64,000 nucleotides of DNA, from NCBI GenBank assembly GCA_050633245.1, contig JBOEGD010000018.1:188084-252083 (forward strand), given 5' to 3'. A program made the translations under genes and the position numbers. Source of the stretch: Calditrichia bacterium. GTDB taxonomy: Bacteria; Calditrichota; Calditrichia; RBG-13-44-9; J075. Numbering within the stretch: the first letter of the stretch is position 1; every line of letters begins with the position of its first letter. Shown here piece by piece: positions 37,143 to 46,875 of the stretch. The notes beneath the pieces were generated by a model. That model ran no database searches and was not told the origin of the DNA. It worked only from the letters and a program-made list of their open reading frames with translations.

Positions 37143-40100
37143 TTAGTTGAAGAAATACTTCAGACCAACCTGCACTTGCCAGCGAGAGTTAATGCTGGGA
37201 TCGTCCAAAAATGTTTCTGACGGACCGGTAAAGTTAAAAATCGGTTCTCCGCGACTGTCAAAGCCAGCCAGCTGAAGAGGGGAGAGCGCTGCCGGATTGG
37301 CAATCTTGCGCACACCGAGGTCGGAGTTCAGCATATTGGCTACGTTCAGCACGTCAACATTTAGCTGCAGCGTGTGCTTCTTCGGACCAACATTGAACGA
37401 GATGTCCTGTAGCAAGCGCAGATCCAGATTGTTATACCACGGGTTGATGAGGCCGAAGCGTTCGGCAATTTTACCGCGGTTCTTGCTAAGATAGTCATCC
37501 TGTTCAATAAAGGCATTCAGAGCCGTCCACTGTTGTGTAGAACTAATCGTGTTTCCGCTGCCATCAGTATAGTCTGAAAGGACGATATCAGAGGCATCGG
37601 TCGGAATATAAATCAGATCGTTTCCGCCCTGACCGTCACCATTTACGTCGCCCGCGTAGATAAAGGAGTAGCGGTTACCACCAGCGGCGGTATGGCTGTT
37701 GCCCTGAGCCGTTGAGAAAAACAGTCCGAAGTGAGTCGTAAGATTCGGTGTCCAGCTCTTGGAGTAGGTTGCAGAGGCCACAGCGCGGTGACGATTACCA
37801 AATTCGGCAAAGCTCAGCTGCGGGTTGTTCGGGTCGCCCTGAACCGGATTGCCCTGCCAAAGTACGCTGGCGATCTCGGTAGAGCGTAGCTGGCTCTTTG
37901 CTTCAAGGAAGGTATAGGCAGCACTAACGCTTAGACTATTACTCCAGCGCTTGCGAAGCTGGGTGGTGAGGCTATAGTTGTATCCTTCATCAGTATTGTC
38001 AATAATGTAAATTCCTGCTCCGCCGTCCGGATTCAATTCATCTACACGGTTTAAGGGGTCTGTTGTTCCGTAAAACGGACGCCCGTCGTCAAGTGTGCCA
38101 ACCTCTTCGACCAAATCGGCATTACGCATATAAATGGCGTTAATGTCTTTACTAAAAATACCTTCTACTGTGGCATAGTAACCATTACCCAAATCCTGAT
38201 CGATACCGAGGTTAGTGGTCCAAACCTGCGGCCACTTGAAGTCATCTGCCATTGCATTCAGATCAAACGATGTTTGCAGAATAGCGTCGTCACTGGTGTT
38301 GTGCTCACTTGGAATGTCGGTAAGCGGGACATTCGGAAACAGATTTGGATTATTGCCAGGGTTGGAGATAACGTTTCCTGCCCAAACGAAAGGAATTCGC
38401 CCGGTAAAGATCCCGGTTCCACCGCGAAGTTGCGTTGTACCATCACCTGCAGCATCGAAGTTGAAACCAACGCGCGGCGACCATAGTGGGGTAGCGCCCG
38501 GAAGATCACTCTGATCGACGGTTTCGTCGCGATCCTTCTCATCCAAAGCAGTTAACCCGCGGGAATATGGATTGTCCACCGGATCGGTGAAATACATTGG
38601 TACGTCTACGCGAAGACCCATTGTCAGATTAAATTGCGGGTTCACCTGATACTCATCTTGTGCGTAAAAGGCAATTTGTCCAACCTCGATGTTTTCACCC
38701 TTAAACGGCCCCGTTCCAACTAATGCATTCAGGTCAACAAAGTCTGGGTTGTTTGGATCAGTTAAACGAAAAAAATCATCAAGCGAACCAAAGGTCGAGC
38801 CGATTCCTGTTTGTGGTGGCAGGAAGAATACGCCATGACGAAAGATGTTAAACGAGTTGAAGAATGAGAAATACTCGAAGTTCGTTCCGACTGTGATAAC
38901 GTGATTTCCAGAATAGAAGCTGGCGTTGTTGGTAATCTGTAGAACGTCCTGATCGAGCACATTGTTGATTGAGAATGGCTCGTGTCCAACGGTCGTATAA
39001 GTTACCCCGCCTTCGCCGATTTCAACGGTTGGAAAAGGCGTACTGTTGGCATCACGGAAATCGCGGAAACGGTTGTAGCTGGCAAAGAAGCGATTGGCCC
39101 ATGAATTTGAACGACTATTCCACTCGAATGCTGTCGATAGCAACTCATTGTTAATCTGATAACCGGAATTCTGGAACGGTAAACTGCTGGAGTTTGGTCC
39201 ACGACCGGAGTTATTGAAACTAAGGACAACCGGGTTCGGCGGCAGATCACGCTGCGCATCCAAATAGCTGACGCGCAGGGTAACGCTATTATTATCGTTG
39301 GCGTTCCAGTCCAGCTTACCAAGTAACTTATTGCTATTGGTCTCATTTACGTAACCTTGAAATGGACCGGTATCGTAACCGTAGACGTCTAACATACGAT
39401 TGCGAATCTGATTCATAACGTCTACACTAACGCGCGACTCTCCGAAAACAACATCGCCATCTGCATCGGCAGCAAAGTTGGTTCCCGGATCATCACGTCG
39501 CTCGATTTCACCGTTTATAAAAAAGAACAACTTGTTCTGAATCAATGGCCCACTCAGCGTGAAGCCAGACTGATTAAACGAGAGGTCGGGATTGGCAACA
39601 ACATCCTGTCCGGAAACGGTGTTTCCAAGGAACGATTCGTTACGTGTAAAGCTGTAGGCAGATGCTTCAAGATTATTCGATCCGCTTTTTGTCACCGTAT
39701 TGATACCCGCTCCGGTAAAACCGCCCTCACGGACATCAAATGGTGCCAGAGATATTTGAACCTGAGCAACCGACTCAAACGGAATTGGTTCGGATCCTGC
39801 CTGACCACCAGGAGCAGGATCGTCCAACCCAAACGGGTTGTTAAAGTAAGAACCGTCCAGCGAAATATTATTGTAAAGCCAGTTCTTTCCGCCGAAGCTG
39901 AAATTACCGTCACTACGCGGGTCCAGTTTGGTGAGGTCGCGGGTGGAACGCCGAACGGATGGTGTTCCCGTGACAGCTTCAGGGTTAACATAGGTTGCGG
40001 CACCAGTGCGGCTGCTGTTTACAATGTCATTCAGTTCAGCAGTAACGTTGACTGCGGCTCCTTCAACCGTTTCCGCAACCATTGCAAAATCCAGCTTAGT

Positions 40101-40424
40101 GTCTTTCGCCAGGTTCAGCACTATGCCGGATTGGGTGAGGCTGGTAAAACCGACATAATCCACCGAAACAGTGTATGGACCACCAATGCGCATATTGGTG
40201 ATATTGTACTGACCGTTGGCACGTGTTGCCGCGCCATAACGGGTTCCACTGGGCTCGTGAACTGCAACAACATTAGCTCCAATAAGTGCAGAGCCATCAG
40301 CTGAGGTAACAAAGCCGCTCATTGATGCCGTAGTTACACCCTGTGCAAGTAGGTTGGAACACCAGCTAAATGCAAGAAAGAGCGCCATAACGGCAAGGCG
40401 TAGGTTATTAGCTCTAGGATTCAA
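37143..40424 (-). CDS. TonB-dependent receptor, Oar-like, with N-terminal carboxypeptidase-regulatory-like domain
   Basis: Signal peptide; GANVVAVHEPSGTRYG; APFDVREGGFTGAGINTVTKSGSN plug; C-terminal WQVQVGLKYFF beta-signal; TTG start with AGGAGG. Confidence 0.9.
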   Translation of the reverse strand: MNPRANNLRLAVMALFLAFSWCSNLLAQGVTTASMSGFVTSADGSALIGANVVAVHEPSGTRYGAATRANGQYNITNMRIGGPYTVSVDYVGFTSLTQSGIVLNLAKDTKLDFAMVAETVEGAAVNVTAELNDIVNSSRTGAATYVNPEAVTGTPSVRRSTRDLTKLDPRSDGNFSFGGKNWLYNNISLDGSYFNNPFGLDDPAPGGQAGSEPIPFESVAQVQISLAPFDVREGGFTGAGINTVTKSGSNNLEASAYSFTRNESFLGNTVSGQDVVANPDLSFNQSGFTLSGPLIQNKLFFFINGEIERRDDPGTNFAADADGDVVFGESRVSVDVMNQIRNRMLDVYGYDTGPFQGYVNETNSNKLLGKLDWNANDNNSVTLRVSYLDAQRDLPPNPVVLSFNNSGRGPNSSSLPFQNSGYQINNELLSTAFEWNSRSNSWANRFFASYNRFRDFRDANSTPFPTVEIGEGGVTYTTVGHEPFSINNVLDQDVLQITNNASFYSGNHVITVGTNFEYFSFFNSFNIFRHGVFFLPPQTGIGSTFGSLDDFFRLTDPNNPDFVDLNALVGTGPFKGENIEVGQIAFYAQDEYQVNPQFNLTMGLRVDVPMYFTDPVDNPYSRGLTALDEKDRDETVDQSDLPGATPLWSPRVGFNFDAAGDGTTQLRGGTGIFTGRIPFVWAGNVISNPGNNPNLFPNVPLTDIPSEHNTSDDAILQTSFDLNAMADDFKWPQVWTTNLGIDQDLGNGYYATVEGIFSKDINAIYMRNADLVEEVGTLDDGRPFYGTTDPLNRVDELNPDGGAGIYIIDNTDEGYNYSLTTQLRKRWSNSLSVSAAYTFLEAKSQLRSTEIASVLWQGNPVQGDPNNPQLSFAEFGNRHRAVASATYSKSWTPNLTTHFGLFFSTAQGNSHTAAGGNRYSFIYAGDVNGDGQGGNDLIYIPTDASDIVLSDYTDGSGNTISSTQQWTALNAFIEQDDYLSKNRGKIAERFGLINPWYNNLDLRLLQDISFNVGPKKHTLQLNVDVLNVANMLNSDLGVRKIANPAALSPLQLAGFDSRGEPIFNFTGPSETFLDDPSINSRWQVQVGLKYFFN

Positions 40425-40692
40425 GCGATTCCTCCTGAAGTGATAAAATTTTAGGGTAAGATGGATGTATTATATGCATGACAAATGATTAGTTTTTGTG
40501 CGCCAGAGACTAAGCATACTGCCGTAAATTTGCAACAATATTGTAAAGTTGTAGCCATTTTGTAATAGTCAAAATGTCACCCTCTATTATCGCAGCAACT
40601 CGGTATGGGGTACGGAAATATAACGATTAGAATTGGAATTTTGAAGGAAGTGGATTTTTTTTATGCAGCGAGAAAAAACGTGTATTTTACAA

Positions 40693-41436
40693 TTATCCTA
40701 CGGAACCACCGTCGATACTTAAAACGGCACCATTTACAAATCCAGCTTCATCACTGGCAAGATAAAGGTAGCCATTGGCAATATCCGAGGGTTGTCCCAT
40801 GCGCTGCATTGGCGTCTTCGCAAGTATCTCTTCAATCACTTTGGCTGGAATCGTTTTTACCATTTCAGTCTCGATAAAACCGGGAGCAACCGCATTTACC
40901 GTGATGCCTTTTCTGCCTAACTCGCGAGCCCAAACTTTAGTCATACCAATAACACCGGATTTGGTTGCGACATAGTTGGTTTGGCCGAAGTTACCGTAGA
41001 GACCGACAATGCTGGATGTATTAATGATTCGTCCGTAATTGCGTTCTATCATGTATGGTGCAATTGCCTTGGTTGTATTAAATACGCCTCCGAGGTTAAC
41101 ATCGAGCACCTGCTGCCATTCTTCATGAGACATCTTCACCAGGCGCGCATCGCGGGTGATTCCGGCATTGTTAATCAATATATCGATTTGCCCGAAGTTG
41201 GCGATTATCTCTTCTACAGCGGATTGTACAGATGTGCTGTCGGCAACATTCACTGTTTGCACAAGATGGGGTGAGCTTTGTTTTGCCAGCTGCGCATCCG
41301 CATCCGCAAGTCCTGCTTCATCGACATCCCACAAAACGACGCTTGAACCCTCTTTAGCAAAGATTTCGGCTGTTGCTCTGCCAATACCTCGTGCGGCTCC
41401 GGTAATAACGGAAACTTTATCTGCTAAACGCTTCAT
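40693..41436 (-). CDS. fabG: 3-oxoacyl-ACP / acetoacetyl-CoA reductase (FabG/PhaB-like SDR)
   Basis: TGAARGIG, NNAGITRD, GNFGQTNYVATK, VAPGFIET. Confidence 0.8.
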   Translation of the reverse strand: MKRLADKVSVITGAARGIGRATAEIFAKEGSSVVLWDVDEAGLADADAQLAKQSSPHLVQTVNVADSTSVQSAVEEIIANFGQIDILINNAGITRDARLVKMSHEEWQQVLDVNLGGVFNTTKAIAPYMIERNYGRIINTSSIVGLYGNFGQTNYVATKSGVIGMTKVWARELGRKGITVNAVAPGFIETEMVKTIPAKVIEEILAKTPMQRMGQPSDIANGYLYLASDEAGFVNGAVLSIDGGSVG

Positions 41437-41451
41437 GTACTGCTCCTGTTG

Positions 41452-44400
41452 TTATTCGGATGCCGGTTTTCTGGGAAGACGGATAGTGAATTCGGTGAAC
41501 TTGCCCGGCTCAGAATCTACCAGCAGTTCACCATCATGTTCTTTTACTACTGTGTCGTAACTGATAGAAAGGCCAAGCCCTGTACCTTCGCCGGTAGGCT
41601 TTGTGGTAAAAAAAGGAGTGAAAATTTGTTCGCGAATTTTCTCCGGAATTCCTTCCCCATTGTCTCTCACCTTAATTTCTACAGCACCATTACGCTCGGT
41701 GGTTTTCAACCAGATTGTGGGGCCGTTATCGTCATTAGGTTCAGACTGCCGCTTATTTGCCGCATAGCAGGCATTTCCGATGATATTCAGAAAAACTCGG
41801 CCTATGTCCTGGCGAATTAAGCTTATTGTGGAAAGGTCTTCGGTATAATCGGTATTGATGGTGACGTTAAATCCGGGAACGCGTGCGCGCATGCCATGAT
41901 AAACCAGATTAATGCTTTCTTCCAGCAGTTCATTGACGTTGGTATCACTCCACTCTGCCTGACCAGTTCGCGCATGGTTCATCATATTGCGTACGATACT
42001 ATCAGCTCGCTGTCCGTGTTCAATTGTTTTCTCGGACAGCTGTTTAAGGTTGGCAAGATCCTCAAGAATGTTTTCCATCTCGTCTTTGGGTATATGTGAA
42101 TCGAGTTCCGCAATGTCCTCCGAGAGAGATGCTGCGACCTGTGCGGACAGTTTGGAGAAGTTGTTCACGAAGTTCAGCGGGTTTTTGATCTCATGAGCAA
42201 TACCGGCGGTTAGCTGACCCAAAGAAGCCAGCTTTTGCTGAACAACGAGCTTGTCCTGCGTAGCCTGTAAATTTTTTAATGTTGAGTCCAATTTGCGATA
42301 GGCACGGGCATTGTCTAGTGCAATGGCAGCATATGTTGCCATGTTGCGCAGAATATTTAGATTGTATTCGGTAAAAGCATTTTTCTTAAAGCTCTGTGCT
42401 GTAATAACGCCAACCGGCTTGCCGCTATAGATCAGTGGGAGGTATATCATCGATGCCGGATTTTCACCTGCTGCGGCTTCCGGGAGGTCTTTGCCAAACA
42501 GCTTACTATATTCTGCTTGATAATCATTGCTAAAGACTTCCTTGCGATTGTTAAAGCAATACACTGCCGGGCGTGTCTCATCATCCAGTTGATAGGAGAA
42601 TCCAGGTAAGGAGGCGCCGCGTTCTTTTGTCGCAGACATGTCGATCGAGTTGGTCTTCTCGTTGTAAATTCCTATACCAAATACCGAGGCATCCATCAGG
42701 TTATTCACGTTTTCATAGATTGTATCAATAATGCGATTAACTGATAGGCTTGCGGTTACTGTTTTCCCAATCTTGCTTAGCCGCTCTACATCTTCCTTTT
42801 GCTCCTGAATTTCTTTGGTACGTTCAGCAACAATGCTTTCCAGTTCTTTGCTGCGTTCTTTTAAGTGATTTGTTCGCAGGCGAACAAATCCGAAAACAAG
42901 CGCAGTCGTTGCAAGAGCGTAAAGAATCCAGGCCGCCCAGGTGCGATACCATGGGGAAATAATCTGAAATGGATAAACGGCTTCCTCACTGGCGTGGTCG
43001 TAGCTATTTCGGACGCGAACATGAAAGGCATAAGAGCCAGGCTGCAGGTTGGTATATTCGCGGTATCCTTCTCTACTCCACCCGGACCAGTCTTTATCCA
43101 AGCCCTCCAAATAGGTGCTGAAAAGATTAGACTTGCTATCTACGTAGCTGGCGGCGGAATAGTCGAAGCGCAGGGCATTGGTGCTGTATGAAACGGCTTG
43201 TTGTTTCGCAACTCCCGCGCCTCCGAAGATCATGGAATCATCGGCGACGGTCACACTGCGTATCAGCGCATTGTAGTGCTGTTGGTAATCGACGTTTACA
43301 GAGCCATCATAGCGATAGAGGCGATCTGCTGTAGCAAACCATGTAATATTATCGCGATCCGGATAGATTAGCGAAGGACCGATATCGCGAATTCTCATGA
43401 ATGGCTGATTTGTCGACTTTGTCTCCCCAATCTCTTCGATGAACAGATTGTATTTATCGAGACCAAAATCAATCCAAATCGTGCCGGCATCATCTTGCAC
43501 TAATGACTTCGGAGTTAACTGGCGATTGCCCACCGGAAAGTCCAGCGTTGAATCGACAATGAACTTGTTCTGCGCATCATCATATCGCATAACGCCTTGT
43601 TTACTGACAAAAATGACCTCATTATTCAGACTATAAATAAAGGGGACGGAATTCGTTGAAAGGTTGTGCCTCTCGTCGAAAGTCTCCATTGTGATCTGAC
43701 GCTCTTCATCTACTGCAACGCGTAGCAGGCTATTGTCTGTGTTAATCCACAGTTTGCCGCTTGGCTCTTCGCGAATAAATACGACATAGTTATTGATGCC
43801 TTCGATTCGACCTTCATCTATCCACGTTCGGGTGGCTTTGTTCCAGCGAATTGATGCCAGACCATTTATCAGGCCTACATAAACAAGATCGGGATCTTGT
43901 TTGCTGCGGTGCAGGAATGTCACTGCATAGGTTAGTCCACCGGGATTTGCAACCACCGTTTTGGCGGGATTTTTTTCTATGCGAAAAACGCCAGCCTGTG
44001 AAGCCAGCAGAAGCTGATTATCGAAGGGCAATAGAGCGAATGACTGTAAGTTTCCCGGCGGTAATCCGCTTACCAATTTAAATTCGCCGGCTGCTTCATC
44101 CAGATAGGTTGCGCCATCATACGTCGCAAAGAAGAGGGTGCCATTATGACGTACTGCGTCCAGCATGCCATGGAGCGTGCCGTTGCTATTGCGGATCTGC
44201 CTGATTGGCGTAGCGATTTCGACCTGAATAATGGCATTATCTGCAGCCAGCCATAAAAGTCCCTGGCGATCTACGAATGCTTCCGAAATGGTGTTTGAGG
44301 GTAGAATATTATCGGTGGAGAGTGTCTGCACGTGCTTGCCGGTTGGGGAAATGATAACAAATCCTCCGGAAAGTGTACAAAATCCGAAGTCTCCATTGGG

Positions 44401-45192
44401 AAGTGCGACCCCTTTATATAAGACATTATTTTTCAGGTAGTCATCTGCTTCACTGCGAAACGGCTTGAAAGATCGACCGTTATAGATAAATAGTCCGCTG
44501 CCGAATGTCCCGACAAGAAGATCTTTCGAGCCATTTGAGAACGGTAGAAGCGTTTGCAGGCGATCCCGGGCAAGGAATTCACTGCCTTTAATCATTTCAA
44601 GCTTATCGTTATTTAGTCTTTTTAAACCAATACCACCTTCAACAACAAAAACTGTGTTGTTTTCATAGAAGGCGTACATAATACGGCGTTCGGCAGGCCA
44701 GGAAGTAACTTTCCATGGAGTCGCCGATCCGTCACTATTAGGCGTAAATCGATAAAGCATGTCCATTGTGGCGAAGTAGATGCCTTCAGGAGTTGACAAT
44801 GTGCTCCAGACATAGTTGAAGCCTTTTTCATTTTCGGGGAGAAATTCCAACAGGGAGTGAAAACGAAGTTTGTCCAGCGAGTCGGCCTCAAGATAGCCAA
44901 AATCACCGGAACAGCCTGCGAAAACACGTCCATTTGCGTCTACGGCAAGTGACCGAACCAACGATCCGTTTGCATTGGGAATCATGCGCCAGTTTCGGCT
45001 GTCATATTCCAGGATTCCCGGCAAATTACCGACGTAGATAAGCCCGTCTGCAGCCTGAACGATGTCCCAACTCTGAGTGTCTCCGTGGTAATCTGTACTG
45101 CTGTAAGACTGGTACAGGGGAAGCATCTCATCGGTGGGTTGCGCCGTAACAAGCATTGTCAGACACAGCAAGATCCAGAATTGTTTACGCAC
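41452..45192 (-). CDS. Sensor histidine kinase: periplasmic beta-propeller + Y_Y_Y, TM, GAF, HisKA, HATPase
   Basis: [14 protein letters not shown] (Y_Y_Y), [58 protein letters not shown]. Confidence 0.92.
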   Translation of the reverse strand: MRKQFWILLCLTMLVTAQPTDEMLPLYQSYSSTDYHGDTQSWDIVQAADGLIYVGNLPGILEYDSRNWRMIPNANGSLVRSLAVDANGRVFAGCSGDFGYLEADSLDKLRFHSLLEFLPENEKGFNYVWSTLSTPEGIYFATMDMLYRFTPNSDGSATPWKVTSWPAERRIMYAFYENNTVFVVEGGIGLKRLNNDKLEMIKGSEFLARDRLQTLLPFSNGSKDLLVGTFGSGLFIYNGRSFKPFRSEADDYLKNNVLYKGVALPNGDFGFCTLSGGFVIISPTGKHVQTLSTDNILPSNTISEAFVDRQGLLWLAADNAIIQVEIATPIRQIRNSNGTLHGMLDAVRHNGTLFFATYDGATYLDEAAGEFKLVSGLPPGNLQSFALLPFDNQLLLASQAGVFRIEKNPAKTVVANPGGLTYAVTFLHRSKQDPDLVYVGLINGLASIRWNKATRTWIDEGRIEGINNYVVFIREEPSGKLWINTDNSLLRVAVDEERQITMETFDERHNLSTNSVPFIYSLNNEVIFVSKQGVMRYDDAQNKFIVDSTLDFPVGNRQLTPKSLVQDDAGTIWIDFGLDKYNLFIEEIGETKSTNQPFMRIRDIGPSLIYPDRDNITWFATADRLYRYDGSVNVDYQQHYNALIRSVTVADDSMIFGGAGVAKQQAVSYSTNALRFDYSAASYVDSKSNLFSTYLEGLDKDWSGWSREGYREYTNLQPGSYAFHVRVRNSYDHASEEAVYPFQIISPWYRTWAAWILYALATTALVFGFVRLRTNHLKERSKELESIVAERTKEIQEQKEDVERLSKIGKTVTASLSVNRIIDTIYENVNNLMDASVFGIGIYNEKTNSIDMSATKERGASLPGFSYQLDDETRPAVYCFNNRKEVFSNDYQAEYSKLFGKDLPEAAAGENPASMIYLPLIYSGKPVGVITAQSFKKNAFTEYNLNILRNMATYAAIALDNARAYRKLDSTLKNLQATQDKLVVQQKLASLGQLTAGIAHEIKNPLNFVNNFSKLSAQVAASLSEDIAELDSHIPKDEMENILEDLANLKQLSEKTIEHGQRADSIVRNMMNHARTGQAEWSDTNVNELLEESINLVYHGMRARVPGFNVTINTDYTEDLSTISLIRQDIGRVFLNIIGNACYAANKRQSEPNDDNGPTIWLKTTERNGAVEIKVRDNGEGIPEKIREQIFTPFFTTKPTGEGTGLGLSISYDTVVKEHDGELLVDSEPGKFTEFTIRLPRKPASE

Positions 45193-45207
45193 GTTTCCCT
45201 TCTCTCC

Positions 45208-46368
45208 TTATGCCAGATAGCGCAACGCAAGCACCGTTCGGTCATCCGACTGTTCTGCGTTTCCGGCAAATTCTTCAACATCTCTGAATAGCGCTGCAAT
45301 GCAGCTCTCACAGTTGGCTGCCTGATTCTTCTTCAAGCTCTCGATCATTTGATCCTCACCAAACTCATCTTCCGCCTCATTAAAGGCTTCACTAATGCCA
45401 TCTGTAAACAAGATTAGCATTTCATTTGGCTTTAGCATCATGGAGCCTTCCTTAAACGTTGCCATCGGCATACCGGCAAGCATGATTCCACCAGTATTCT
45501 CAATCTCGGTAACCTCGCCGTCTGCGGAAAGTAACATCGGCGGATTGTGTCCGGCACTGCAATAATCGACCTTCCCGGTTTCAACATCGAGTATGCCAAA
45601 AAAGAGTGTGACAAACATTTCGATAACGCTTTCGACACAAAGGCTTTTATTGATCTTTTGAAAACAAGCTGCCGGGGAAAGCCCGGTAAGAGCTGTTGCC
45701 TTAACAAAGGTTCGCGAAACGGCCATAAAGAGAGCAGCGGGCATGCCTTTCCCGGATACATCTCCAATTGCAAAACCCAGGCGAGTCGGTGTTATCCAAA
45801 AAAAGTCATAGAAATCTCCGCCTACTTCCCTTGCCGGTTCCATGCGGGCATGAAGGTCAATTTCCGGTCTTTCGGGAAAGGGAGGGAATTCTCTTGGAAG
45901 GATCGTTGTTTGAATGCGATTGGCAACATCCAGCTCATAGCGCAGGCCGAGCAGCTGTTCTTCCTGTTGTTTCGCTGCTTTACCCTCGTCTACTGCACGT
46001 AGTGTCTTGGCGAGAGTTAGACCAAGATCTTCCAAATCGACAGGCTTGGAGATGAAGTCGAACGCACCATGATTGAGTGCTGTTCGCACGTTTGCAGTAT
46101 CACCGTAGGCAGAAATCATTACGGTGCGAACAAGCGGATAGCTCTCATTAATGCGAGCCAGCAGTGAGAGTCCATCCATTTCAGGCATGTTAATATCGGA
46201 CAAAACAACGTAAATATCAGCGAATTGCTCTAGCTTTTTTAGAGCTTCGCGACCATTACGAGCAAACTCAAATGTATATAGTTTATCGCGAATCTCCTTG
46301 CGGAAATTCATGGTAATCAGCAGTTCGAGATCCGCTTCATCATCGACAACAAGAATTCGAGAGGACAT
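45208..46368 (-). CDS. Response regulator with PP2C/SpoIIE phosphatase output (RsbU-like)
   Basis: ILVVDDE...SDINMPEMDG receiver; VGGDFYD, GDVSGKGMPAA, AGHNPP, FTDGISE, DDRT. Confidence 0.92.
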   Translation of the reverse strand: MSSRILVVDDEADLELLITMNFRKEIRDKLYTFEFARNGREALKKLEQFADIYVVLSDINMPEMDGLSLLARINESYPLVRTVMISAYGDTANVRTALNHGAFDFISKPVDLEDLGLTLAKTLRAVDEGKAAKQQEEQLLGLRYELDVANRIQTTILPREFPPFPERPEIDLHARMEPAREVGGDFYDFFWITPTRLGFAIGDVSGKGMPAALFMAVSRTFVKATALTGLSPAACFQKINKSLCVESVIEMFVTLFFGILDVETGKVDYCSAGHNPPMLLSADGEVTEIENTGGIMLAGMPMATFKEGSMMLKPNEMLILFTDGISEAFNEAEDEFGEDQMIESLKKNQAANCESCIAALFRDVEEFAGNAEQSDDRTVLALRYLA

Positions 46369-46385
46369 GATATGTACCTTTATGG

Positions 46386-46772
46386 CTAATTGCTGAAAAG
46401 GTCAGTTTTCAGACTGTCGAAGTCGATTGGTTTGGTGAAATATCCATCGCAGCCCAAGCTGCTGGCGCGGCTAAAGTGCACATCTTTGCCATATGCAGTT
46501 ACCATAAACACCTTCAGGTCTGCATAGTTAGACTTTACTTTTTGCAGAAGCTCCAGCCCGTCCATTTCTGGCATGTTGATGTCTGAAAGAACAATGCTAA
46601 ATTCATGCGGGTCATGTTGCTCTAAAAAGGTGAGCGCCTCTTCAGCGGAGTTGAAAAAATCTATGCTGACAAGCCCTTTCTTTATCTCGCTGCGAAAAGA
46701 CAGGCGATAGAGCAATTGAACATCCGGTTCGTCGTCTACGACCACTAAGCGCACGAGACCTCCAGGAAGCAT
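46386..46772 (-). CDS. Single-domain response regulator
   Basis: VVVDDE, SDINMPEMDG, VTAYG, TKP. Confidence 0.88.
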   Translation of the reverse strand: MLPGGLVRLVVVDDEPDVQLLYRLSFRSEIKKGLVSIDFFNSAEEALTFLEQHDPHEFSIVLSDINMPEMDGLELLQKVKSNYADLKVFMVTAYGKDVHFSRASSLGCDGYFTKPIDFDSLKTDLFSN

Positions 46773-46875
46773 GTTAAGTATATGGGAAGGATTTAATTAT
46801 CTATGTCTAAAATTAACACTAACGGCTATAAAAACAAAATGGAATTTCGTCGTTAAAGTAAAATGGGGGCGACTA

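Noticed and set aside
39756-40304. 182-aa plus-strand ORF (and similar ORFs such as 9762-10244, 47894-48466, 58854-59309)
   Set aside because: Antisense shadows of well-supported genes, with no recognisable motifs
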